From the IMG/VR virus record IMGVR_UViG_3300030098_001117, positions 1 through 52,873 of that record: a stretch of DNA of 52,873 nucleotides; one strand, written 5' to 3'. Origin of the DNA: a virus (taxonomy: Duplodnaviria; Caudoviricetes). Below the pieces are notes generated by a model. That model saw only the letters and a list, made by a program, of their open reading frames with translations, searched no databases and was not told where the DNA came from. The number at the start of each line of letters is the position of its first letter. Position 1 is the first letter of the stretch. Positions 39,012 through 47,407 of this stretch are shown here, piece by piece. Both the position numbers and the translations under genes were made by a program.

Positions 39012-39856
39012 TATCCTCTTACTCCATCTATAGGGTCTGGAATCTCAATATAATTGTAATCCCATAACTCCTTTTGTAAGCCTTCCATTACTAACTCGTA
39101 GACTGCTGTTTCTATGGCAGACCTAACTGCATACCCTGTGGCTTCCGTCTGTGTATAGCCTGTTTCTATTTCTACTAATTCGGTATCACCTACTTCTGTA
39201 AATCTAAAAACATCTCTGCTTACACCTGCACTCAGTATTGTCTTGCTTACTGTTACATTCAATATAACTTCGCCAGTCTGTACGAGAACTGCCCTCATGG
39301 ACACAGTTACATCATCTATTCGGTATTGGTTTGTATTCCCAATGCCCAAATACCTTGCACCATTTCCACCAGTCCTTATATCAGACTCATAGGAAACTAT
39401 GCCACCTTCCAAGATTATACCTGCATATAGAATAGGTTTCAGTTTATTAGCACCTTTTCCATCATAGGTTTCCCTTGTAGATTTAATTAATTGTCTTTCT
39501 TTCGTTAAATTATTGAGTCCTTTTCTTTCTACTACTACAAACCACTCTCCATTTCCTACACTTTTTAAGGCTTGTATTAAATAGTTTTCTGCTCCCTGTG
39601 TTACAGCAGTTGAGAATAATGCCATTTTATTAGAGGGTTTACGCTGACCAGTTAAATCATCAAAGCTATAAACAGCTATAACTGCCTTTTGATTTGGTTT
39701 AGGTATATCTAATAATTTTTGTAAAGTTATTCTTTCTACCCTAGCATCTTCAGGGCAAGTTAATAGATCTATACAATTGTTATGTCCAACAGGTGCAAAA
39801 CTGGCACACCCTGTAATCATAAAACTGATTACTATATACCACAGTCTGCTGTACAT
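39011..39856 (-). CDS. csgG: Curli secretion channel lipoprotein CsgG
   Basis: Lipobox ITGC, AVYSFDDLTGQRKP, FSTAVTQGA, WFVVVERKGLNNLTKERQLI, EGGIVSYE, TGGNGARYLGIG, YRIDDVTVSMRAV..QTGEV, KTILS. Confidence 0.95.
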   Translation of the reverse strand: MYSRLWYIVISFMITGCASFAPVGHNNCIDLLTCPEDARVERITLQKLLDIPKPNQKAVIAVYSFDDLTGQRKPSNKMALFSTAVTQGAENYLIQALKSVGNGEWFVVVERKGLNNLTKERQLIKSTRETYDGKGANKLKPILYAGIILEGGIVSYESDIRTGGNGARYLGIGNTNQYRIDDVTVSMRAVLVQTGEVILNVTVSKTILSAGVSRDVFRFTEVGDTELVEIETGYTQTEATGYAVRSAIETAVYELVMEGLQKELWDYNYIEIPDPIDGVRG

Positions 39857-40332
39857 ATCCCAAATATTCCTATCGGTATTACAATTTCTGTTATAGAGCC
39901 ATCTTCTGCTATAACTGTTAAGGTAATGTATTCTCCATCATTAGAGAATGTTATCGTATTACCTTCTAATTCTATTGAACCCCCAGTTCCTCCATCTTCA
40001 TTAAATAACATATCTGATATGTCTCTGGATAGATTACTAAATATACGGCTTTGTAAATTGTTTAAGAATTTGTTGAGTGTGCTGTTTTCTATCTCTCTTT
40101 CTATTTCTTCTAATTCTGACTGTATCTTTTCAGCCAGTTCATCTCGTCTCTTTCTTTCCTGTTCATCAATGGTTAAATAATGAGCAGATGTTCCTGCTCC
40201 ACTGAAACTAGGATTTTTAAATTCGTGAACTATTGGTGAAGCATTAACATTAATAGCAACCACACTTAGTATTAAAACTAGACCTATTATGACTGCAACT
40301 TCGTTTCTATTTAATTTAGGTTTTTTTGACAT
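39832..40332 (-). CDS. csgF: Curli assembly protein CsgF
   Basis: Signal peptide then IVHEFKNPSFSG (CsgF F.NP.FGG-like N-terminal plug), F.NNLQSRI...LS, G.I.LEGNTI; upstream of csgG. Start at MSKKPK (AGGAG RBS). Confidence 0.85.
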   Translation of the reverse strand: MSKKPKLNRNEVAVIIGLVLILSVVAINVNASPIVHEFKNPSFSGAGTSAHYLTIDEQERKRRDELAEKIQSELEEIEREIENSTLNKFLNNLQSRIFSNLSRDISDMLFNEDGGTGGSIELEGNTITFSNDGEYITLTVIAEDGSITEIVIPIGIFGICTADCGI

Positions 40333-40407
40333 TAAGTTTCTCCTAACCAAATAGCAATATACATAACCAGTAAAGTTATAAGCATAGATGATAAAACCAA
40401 TATCTCG

Positions 40408-40680
40408 TCAGGTCTTTGGTTTGCTTTCCTCTGTACCCTTTTGTTTTTGTTCATCTTCTTTCAACTCCAAGACAGTGTTCACTTTCTGTTGTAATCGTAT
40501 CATATCTTGATCTAAAAGCCGTAATTGGTCGGTCAAACGAATAATCGTGGTTTTCATTTGATCTACTGCAGGGTCTATTTTGTTGGTTATCGTTTGCCAA
40601 ACAAAGTAGACGAAATAGCCAAGTCCAACCACCATGACTGTTGAGAAACCAAACTTGTCTATTAAAGCAACTATATCCAT
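40408..40680 (-). CDS. Single-TM coiled-coil membrane protein
   Basis: IDKFGFSTVMVVGLGYFVYFVW TM plus a coiled coil containing DMIR. Confidence 0.65.
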   Translation of the reverse strand: MDIVALIDKFGFSTVMVVGLGYFVYFVWQTITNKIDPAVDQMKTTIIRLTDQLRLLDQDMIRLQQKVNTVLELKEDEQKQKGTEESKPKT

Positions 40681-40973
40681 TAATCTCTGCGAGCATCTAT
40701 CTTCCCATCTTCTACAAAGTTTTCTGCTCTCGCTATCCTGTCTAGGTCTGGTGCTAAATTTAAAGCACTAGATACACTTGTATCAATGCGAATCATGTCG
40801 TTATTCATTATTGATGCTCTTGTTATGAGCATGGTTGTTATTCCCTGTACTGTTTTAATTTCAGCCACCAGTTGTCCCATAAGTTGCTTCATAATAAGAA
40901 ATATAAAATATCCCATTACTAGACCACCTGCTATGGGCAAACCAACATCTTCAATTAAGTTAAATACTTCCAC
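40680..40973 (-). CDS. Single-TM coiled-coil membrane protein (paralogue of 40408-40680)
   Basis: GTG start; IEDVGLPIAGGLVMGYFIFLIM TM plus DMIR. Confidence 0.65.
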   Translation of the reverse strand: MEVFNLIEDVGLPIAGGLVMGYFIFLIMKQLMGQLVAEIKTVQGITTMLITRASIMNNDMIRIDTSVSSALNLAPDLDRIARAENFVEDGKIDARRD

Positions 40974-41359
40974 TATTTATCTTCACCTTTGAAACTTTTA
41001 GATGCTCCTGAAGTGCCTGCGTATAAGCCAAACCAAGCTGCACCTGCTCCAACAATTACTGATATTAAGCCTGACTGTTCAAACGTAGGATTAGGTAAAT
41101 CCATAAACCAAACCACAGTGTAATAAAGCAATACTATATATACAGTTAAAAAGGCTCTTGGAAATATTCTCCAAGAATCTACTGCTTGTGCTAAAAATAT
41201 CCATTTCTGATGTGGGTTTCTCATACCTTCATCTTCCAACTCTCTGATTCTATCCTTTAAATCAGCCTTTTCCTGAAGCAGTTCCATGAATTTATTGAGG
41301 TCAATTTCCACCTCATTCCTATCCATGTCTCCACCAAATCTACCTGAACTTTCATTCAT
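40973..41359 (-). CDS. Two-TM membrane protein with N-terminal coiled coil (holin candidate)
   Basis: DSWRIFPRAFL..TM..PTFEQSGLISVIVGAGAAWFGLY. Confidence 0.6.
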   Translation of the reverse strand: MNESSGRFGGDMDRNEVEIDLNKFMELLQEKADLKDRIRELEDEGMRNPHQKWIFLAQAVDSWRIFPRAFLTVYIVLLYYTVVWFMDLPNPTFEQSGLISVIVGAGAAWFGLYAGTSGASKSFKGEDK

Positions 41360-41435
41360 AGCCTTCTCCTTTGTTAAGTATTAAAAAAATAATTTCCATA
41401 TCCTCAAAACCACAAGTATATCCAAATCCTTCCAT
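41352..41435 (-). CDS. Possible 27-aa microprotein
   Basis: Manual: TAGGAG RBS, MEGFGYTCGFEDMEIIFLILNKGEGYE; overlaps the next start and fills the intergenic gap. Confidence 0.4.
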   Translation of the reverse strand: MEGFGYTCGFEDMEIIFLILNKGEGYE

Positions 41436-41448
41436 TATTTTCTCCTAT

Positions 41449-42132
41449 TTAAACATCAATATACCTTTCCATTAAGAAAGTTGCATCTCTATCAGCCTGT
41501 TTATCTGATTGATTCATATACGCTATGTACTGGTCTTTAGTAAATTTGTTTTCTATATAGTCTACAGGGTCTATTCTATCCACACAGGTTTTGGCAACTG
41601 AAGCGTAAGGGTCTGAAACATAATAACTAGACTGCCCTCTAGGAGTAAAATGCACAGAAGATTCACCCCCACTGAATAAAAACCATGCCTTAGACGACAT
41701 TACTGCATAATCGTTGTGATAACCTTTCCCTCTTTTATCAGGATGAAAACAAGTCAGGATATGTTCTGAATTAGTCCCATCCATCCATGCTCTAGTAAAT
41801 CCTACAAAATCATTACTGGATTTCTCATATATCATCTCAGTTAAGTAGAATGGTTTAGGAAAAAATGATCTAGGCAGTATGGTGTTATTGCCTGTGGGTA
41901 TTCCTACTCTTTCTGCTTCTGCCTTAGTTAAATCGTTCATACCAGTATTTCTCCACGTCAGTTCCATCTCCTCTACCCACGTTGGAAATACCTTATCAAA
42001 TTGTTTGGTTGGCACGACACCATCTGCTCTCCAATCTGCTCTTGCCAATAGTATGTCGGCTTTATCTTCATCTCTATTCAACATAGGTTGAATGTAAATG
42101 TTATCACCTGTATATCTGTAAGAAGCTATCAT
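41449..42132 (-). CDS. GNAT-fold-like protein
   Basis: TGDNIYIQPM N-terminus, FVGF, and acetyl-CoA-loop-like FHPDKRGKGY. Confidence 0.5.
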   Translation of the reverse strand: MIASYRYTGDNIYIQPMLNRDEDKADILLARADWRADGVVPTKQFDKVFPTWVEEMELTWRNTGMNDLTKAEAERVGIPTGNNTILPRSFFPKPFYLTEMIYEKSSNDFVGFTRAWMDGTNSEHILTCFHPDKRGKGYHNDYAVMSSKAWFLFSGGESSVHFTPRGQSSYYVSDPYASVAKTCVDRIDPVDYIENKFTKDQYIAYMNQSDKQADRDATFLMERYIDV

Positions 42133-42133
42133 A

Positions 42134-42715
42134 TTAAGACCATGATAATGAATAAGCGTGTGCTTTATAAGCAGACTGGTTTGAATGGTTAATCCAAGTT
42201 GACCAATCTGAAGCAGAAATACTGCTCCATCTCCAAGTGCCTTGATTGAATATGGGTTCTTCTTTATCTGTTGCTGTATATAAAGTGTCTAGGTAATGAC
42301 CAGTGGTAGGTAGTTTCATAGCTGATTGTGTAGCTTCTAAGCCTTCATAATAAAATTTATGCCTTAAAATTCCTGCTTCCTTATAAAATCCATTACTTCT
42401 AGCTGAAGGAGTTATAGCAGTAAAAGCCAATTCTATTGCTTGGTTTAAATAGACCAACCTATGATAACCAATAATACTATCATCACTGTTTTTGCATATA
42501 CTCAATAACATAGAGCCATATCCTGTATTTGATTTTAAAGCTGAAGTAACTGCCAACCCATTAGCTTTATTTTCTCTATACCAATATGCCTTTTGTGAAT
42601 CAGAATCTGGTGTTACAGAACCTATACTGAAATTAGCAGCACTAGCCAATGTAGCCATATCTGACTCTTGTGCTTTTCTTAGGTAAATGTTTTGTCCTGT
42701 AATTTTAAATGCCAT
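42134..42715 (-). CDS. GNAT-fold-like protein
   Basis: RimJ/RimL-like ITGQNIYLRKAQESD, IIGY, ITPSARSNGFYKEA. Confidence 0.55.
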   Translation of the reverse strand: MAFKITGQNIYLRKAQESDMATLASAANFSIGSVTPDSDSQKAYWYRENKANGLAVTSALKSNTGYGSMLLSICKNSDDSIIGYHRLVYLNQAIELAFTAITPSARSNGFYKEAGILRHKFYYEGLEATQSAMKLPTTGHYLDTLYTATDKEEPIFNQGTWRWSSISASDWSTWINHSNQSAYKAHAYSLSWS

Positions 42716-42753
42716 TATTTCTACTCTCTTTCTGAGCCTTTTGGTCTGGGGGG

Positions 42754-45480
42754 CTACCCCGATTTAAAATCCCATCCTGAGCCATCAATTATTTGTGCTG
42801 ATAGCGAACAAACTATACTGTTTAATGTAACAGTGGTAACTTGAAAACTACCTGCACTGACTGCCCCTCCTAAACTTACAGTTGCACTTGCTCCATTGCT
42901 TTGAGTAGTCATTGCTAATAAAGAAGTATTATTTGATGTATTTACTGCAGCCCTTATGACTGTAGTCCCTAAAGATGTTCCTGCCCCATTTAACCAAGTT
43001 ACTGTCCAATCATAAGTAGTTGCAGCAGGTGTTAAGTTGTCTGACAGATTAGACCATATAACGACTTGTGCTTTATCTACAGTAAAGGTGGTTACATTAG
43101 TGTTCAATAAAGTGGCTGTACTGGTTAATCCTGTTCCACCAATACTGGCAGGCAAAGTTCCAAAAGCAAAAGTTCCACTGCTTACGGAAAGTGCTCCTGT
43201 TTTGCTTGATACATCTTCACCAAAGCCACCTCTTGCTTTGGCTAATGTTCCTGATGTCACATTGCCTATATCTCTCATATCAACATTTGGTACGTTACCT
43301 AAGCCTACATCTGAAGATGTGGTATTTGAGTTTAAAAGTGTAGATACGCTTGTTAACCCAGTTCCACCCCTTGCTGCTGCTAATGTTCCACCTGTAGCAT
43401 TATCCATATCTCTCATATCTACGTTAGGCACATTTCCTAAACCAACATCAGAAGAAGTAGTGTTGCTATTTAAGTGAGTTGAATTAGCAAAATTAGTTAT
43501 TCCAGTTCCCCCACTTCCTGCAGGTAATGTTCCTGTTCCATCAGTAGCATAATTAACAGTAGAGTTAGTTATAGCAGAAGCAGCTATAGCAGTTCCTCCT
43601 ACTGTATGATTAACAGTAGAACTCCATGTAGAAAAAGTTCCTATTGCTCCAACGTGCCTTATTCTGAAGTTATATTGAACACCCATTTCCATACCACCTG
43701 CTATATTTGCTTTAGCAACTCCTTTCCCTGCCGTTGAATGTGGAAAGAACGCAGACTGTCCATTTTTTTTGTATTGTACTTCTGTGCCAGTTACTAATGG
43801 AGATGCACTATTAGTCCAAGTGATAGTTACAGAGGTCATATTGAAAGCATCTACATCTAATGTATCAGTAGTTACAGCGAGGTTAGTAGGTGCTGCCATA
43901 GCAAAACCACCTATTGCTAAGTCGCTTCCCTGTGCTATAGCTGTTGCGTAATCACTGGTTGCAAATGTATAAAAAGCCGATTCAACTTCTTTTAAAACTA
44001 ATTCTGTTGCTAAGAATTGTGCATCTGCTTCTCCTCCTATTTCTAAATTAATTGATACCACCTCAAACACCTTAGCTGAATAACTAAGTCTGGTATTGGT
44101 TACATAAACCCAATCAGCAGGCTGTAATTGCATAAATTCCAAACCAACCAAACAGCTAATAGTCTGTGTTTTTCTTTGTGATTTAAGTGCTATTCTCCCA
44201 ATTCTTTGTGCCATTGTATGAGTGGTTGTGAATGGTAATCTAAGTTCCATTTGCTTTACATAGTTAGGCTTGTCATTAGCAACTCCATTTGGTGTATCTT
44301 CTGTTAAATATGTTGCATCTTGATACACAGGAGCATCTGCAGCTATGTAATTATTAGCTGCATCTATAAAGGTTGGCTTTACAGTATTGTAAAGTTCACC
44401 AGTATTAGATTTAGTGTCTACTGATATAGGGGCAAGTAAATTATCATCAGTTATAGTCAATGAAGGAGTTTGTGCTGCACCTGCAAAAAGATTAAATTTT
44501 CCATTCACATAAGTTATTTTTCCTGCCATTGAACTTAACATACCTTCTAAAACACTTGACCCACTAGCTGAAAAGTTTGTGAAACCATTTAAAGCGTATC
44601 TTTTTTCCGTAGAACTGCCATCAGCAAGAGTAACATTCTGGTCACAGATATTGGCTGCAGAAGCAAATCCTCCTGCGTTTGTTGTGTCATTAATTTCAGA
44701 ACTTAATGTTTTAAGACCATAAGTTGTATTGGCAATATAATCTCTTATACATAGAGCAGGGTTACTGCTAAAGGCTGTACTGCTATCTCTAGGATCATAT
44801 ACTTTTTTTCCTTTAACTTTAAAAGATGCTGCAGGCATACCGCCACCAAACTTTTCAGAGTCAAATACCATTTGTATATACACATAAGCACAATCTAAAA
44901 ATTTATCTGATGTTGTTATAGAAGATAGCTGTGCGTCCATCCAACCATTGACTGCTGTTTGTGAACCATCTTCAAATGTATATCTTATTAAGTTACCTGT
45001 ATTATTAAATTTATTTTCGTTTTCTGAATTAGTAAAATCAGCATTAGTAACTGTATAAACAGTAGAATCATTTATAGTGCTAGAAGTAGATGTTAAATCT
45101 ACATCATTTAACCTTACCCCCTCTAAACTTTGTATTTCATGTCCTGCTAAAACAACTACCATGTGTAATAAATAATTATCTACACCAGTGGTTTCCATGT
45201 GTACTATTGTTCCACCTACACGACATTCACCATAGACTAACTGTCTGGGTTCAGTTGGTGCTCTTGCTGCAAACTTTGCTCCATAATTTGCACCTACAGC
45301 TTCTATACCTTTTTGTGTAATTGAGCCAATAAATGCCATTGCTGCTACTGCTTTCCAACCTTTCGCAGCCTTCATAAAATTAGTCCAGAAGTTAGACATG
45401 CCACCTGTCGCAGTAGAAATAGCAGTAATAATTAGAAAACTAACTACTGCTTTTATGGCATTTTTTATATGTTTACCCAT
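42754..45480 (-). CDS. Tail tip / host-specificity protein (gpJ-like) with FN3 domain
   Basis: PRQLVYGECRVGG, VKGKKVYDPR, SNPALCIRDY, FN3 (APTNL...WT...YNFRIR), C-terminal GTL...GGTG fibre repeats. Confidence 0.85.
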   Translation of the reverse strand: MGKHIKNAIKAVVSFLIITAISTATGGMSNFWTNFMKAAKGWKAVAAMAFIGSITQKGIEAVGANYGAKFAARAPTEPRQLVYGECRVGGTIVHMETTGVDNYLLHMVVVLAGHEIQSLEGVRLNDVDLTSTSSTINDSTVYTVTNADFTNSENENKFNNTGNLIRYTFEDGSQTAVNGWMDAQLSSITTSDKFLDCAYVYIQMVFDSEKFGGGMPAASFKVKGKKVYDPRDSSTAFSSNPALCIRDYIANTTYGLKTLSSEINDTTNAGGFASAANICDQNVTLADGSSTEKRYALNGFTNFSASGSSVLEGMLSSMAGKITYVNGKFNLFAGAAQTPSLTITDDNLLAPISVDTKSNTGELYNTVKPTFIDAANNYIAADAPVYQDATYLTEDTPNGVANDKPNYVKQMELRLPFTTTHTMAQRIGRIALKSQRKTQTISCLVGLEFMQLQPADWVYVTNTRLSYSAKVFEVVSINLEIGGEADAQFLATELVLKEVESAFYTFATSDYATAIAQGSDLAIGGFAMAAPTNLAVTTDTLDVDAFNMTSVTITWTNSASPLVTGTEVQYKKNGQSAFFPHSTAGKGVAKANIAGGMEMGVQYNFRIRHVGAIGTFSTWSSTVNHTVGGTAIAASAITNSTVNYATDGTGTLPAGSGGTGITNFANSTHLNSNTTSSDVGLGNVPNVDMRDMDNATGGTLAAARGGTGLTSVSTLLNSNTTSSDVGLGNVPNVDMRDIGNVTSGTLAKARGGFGEDVSSKTGALSVSSGTFAFGTLPASIGGTGLTSTATLLNTNVTTFTVDKAQVVIWSNLSDNLTPAATTYDWTVTWLNGAGTSLGTTVIRAAVNTSNNTSLLAMTTQSNGASATVSLGGAVSAGSFQVTTVTLNSIVCSLSAQIIDGSGWDFKSG

Positions 45481-45898
45481 CTATTCTCCAAGCCTTAACT
45501 ACTTCCACATTGCTTTTTACTAACATTCCTTCATCATTAACACCTAAAGCGTTCATACCATCAAATACACAACTTAATTCGCTTTCTTCCTTATAAACTC
45601 CGAAATCACCTTTTTGTATAAAGTTGGGATTGACTTCTATTATGCCTGTGGTTTTCTTTATTGCATTGGCTATAGCATTAGCTAATCCCTTGCCTTTTCC
45701 ATATTCTTTTATTTTTTTTATGGCACTATCTTCGTCTTTCCATTTCCAGTTTTTAGGCAATAAACTTTCCTTAGTCATAACCTTTATAAAACCATTAGTG
45801 AAATGTATGCAGTCCCATTTACCCCACACAAAAGGCTTGGTTCTATTCTTTATAATGTATTCGTCAAATGCTATTTCCCAGTCAGGTAATTTTTTCAT
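45473..45898 (-). CDS. Tail assembly protein (NlpC/P60-like, DUF6950-type)
   Basis: PFVWGKWDCIHF, QKGD, AWRI; lies between the hub and gpJ-like genes. Confidence 0.75.
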   Translation of the reverse strand: MKKLPDWEIAFDEYIIKNRTKPFVWGKWDCIHFTNGFIKVMTKESLLPKNWKWKDEDSAIKKIKEYGKGKGLANAIANAIKKTTGIIEVNPNFIQKGDFGVYKEESELSCVFDGMNALGVNDEGMLVKSNVEVVKAWRIDG

Positions 45899-45905
45899 AA
45901 ATTAC

Positions 45906-46541
45906 CTATCGCAAAATTTGTCTAGGAACGTGCTTGTTGGTGTCATTTCTTCCACCTGCATTTGAATCAAAGTTTTGTTTCTGACCCCAAGATATTTGTT
46001 TGTCCTGTAATCCTTGTACTCTATTGAAACAAGTATCTCCATTATGTAGAAACTGTTGTGATTCTACAGTGTATCTAAGGTTAGAAGGTCTTTCCAAATC
46101 AACCAATCTGTTCTCACAATCAACATTTATCATTGCTCCTTCAGGTGAATCACTTATAGTTAAATTGACCATGCGACCCTTAAACATGGTAAGAGTTCCT
46201 GCAACTTCATTACTTCCACCCATTAAAAAACCCAGATATACAGTAATAGGTCTATTCTGATAATTTTCAGTAAGTGCGTAATTAAGTACAGTTGAATCCA
46301 TGCCTGATATTGCTATAGACATTCCTGAAGATTTTAATTCTGTGTTTTCTTCAGAACCACTAATTGTTAGTAGCGACCCTGCACCTGTATAGGTCTCTGA
46401 ACTAATTGTTAGATCATCTAAGCCAGTCCATAATCTTATGTCGTCTGTATCAAATTCTGCCTTAACCGCAACAAATAAATTTTGGTGTTCTGCACCAAGT
46501 CTTGTTGTTATTGCACTATCTAACCCTTGTCTCGTTGCCAT
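45906..46541 (-). CDS. Tail tip/hub protein
   Basis: RLWTG...YTGAGSLL.I...E, F.GRM, ENRL.DLERP...RYT..SQ...GD. Confidence 0.75.
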   Translation of the reverse strand: MATRQGLDSAITTRLGAEHQNLFVAVKAEFDTDDIRLWTGLDDLTISSETYTGAGSLLTISGSEENTELKSSGMSIAISGMDSTVLNYALTENYQNRPITVYLGFLMGGSNEVAGTLTMFKGRMVNLTISDSPEGAMINVDCENRLVDLERPSNLRYTVESQQFLHNGDTCFNRVQGLQDKQISWGQKQNFDSNAGGRNDTNKHVPRQILR

Positions 46542-47407
46542 TACACCACCTCAACACAAGAAAAACTTATTCCATATAAAGATGACTTGTCAGCATCCCA
46601 ATCCACCGAATTATCTACCAATCTGAACTTCCCTTTTGGGGCTTGAAATAAAACAAAATGCCCATTACTTAGAGTTGATCTTAGTTTAGGCTCTGTTTGT
46701 ACTGAGAATTGGTCAGGACTAGCATCAGTTACCACTGCATCTTCTACTGCCATAACTAATTGAACTGGGTCTGCTGTAGCTGAAGCTGCACCCAAAACTC
46801 CTAGATAATCTCCTTTTTTTATAGTTCCAGTATAACTACCTGATGTTTTGAGGTTTAAACCTGTTGAACCTTTAACATTCATTTGAACTTTACAACCACT
46901 GGTAGAACTTACATTGGTTAATGTGCTATCTACTTCTACTTCTGTTGCACTGTTTACTGCTGTTATTTCATGCGTTCCGTTATTTTCTTCATTAGCCATT
47001 CCAGTAACATGAATAAAGTCTCCGACTATTGCACTTCCAAATGTACTTGCTCCTGCTGTAAAAGTGTCAGTATTTGTAACTGTTAAGGCTACGTTGGTGT
47101 TAGACACCCTATTCTCGCCAATTAGGTGCGTGTGGTTGAAAGTTCCTGTGTTGGTTAGGGCATCAGGGTCACAGAACTTAAAATAGTTCGTAGTGCCCTT
47201 TAATTTCAATAAGAAAGATTGCCACTCTACAGCTTGTGATCTGTTCATGGCAGGCAAAGTTACGTCTGCTTGCCAATATACTGCATCAAATTCTTGGGTT
47301 AGTTGTTTACCAGTAAAAGGTGATGCTGTCTGTCCGATTGCTCGGAACAAACTAAAATTACTTCTAACAAAGTTAGGAGTATTAGGCATAGCTATTAACT
47401 TAGCCAC
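46541..47407 (-). CDS. Distal tail protein (Dit-like) with inserted domain
   Basis: SPFTGKQ...WQADVTLP.M...W..FL..LKG, KGDY, P.G.FRL, YGISFSCVE. Start taken at GTG 47407. Confidence 0.7.
   Translation of the reverse strand: MAKLIAMPNTPNFVRSNFSLFRAIGQTASPFTGKQLTQEFDAVYWQADVTLPAMNRSQAVEWQSFLLKLKGTTNYFKFCDPDALTNTGTFNHTHLIGENRVSNTNVALTVTNTDTFTAGASTFGSAIVGDFIHVTGMANEENNGTHEITAVNSATEVEVDSTLTNVSSTSGCKVQMNVKGSTGLNLKTSGSYTGTIKKGDYLGVLGAASATADPVQLVMAVEDAVVTDASPDQFSVQTEPKLRSTLSNGHFVLFQAPKGKFRLVDNSVDWDADKSSLYGISFSCVEVV

Noticed and set aside
40408-40410. Selenocysteine or alternative genetic code at this TGA
   Set aside because: No SECIS-like hairpin seen, and all three stop codons terminate well-recognised genes elsewhere in the window.
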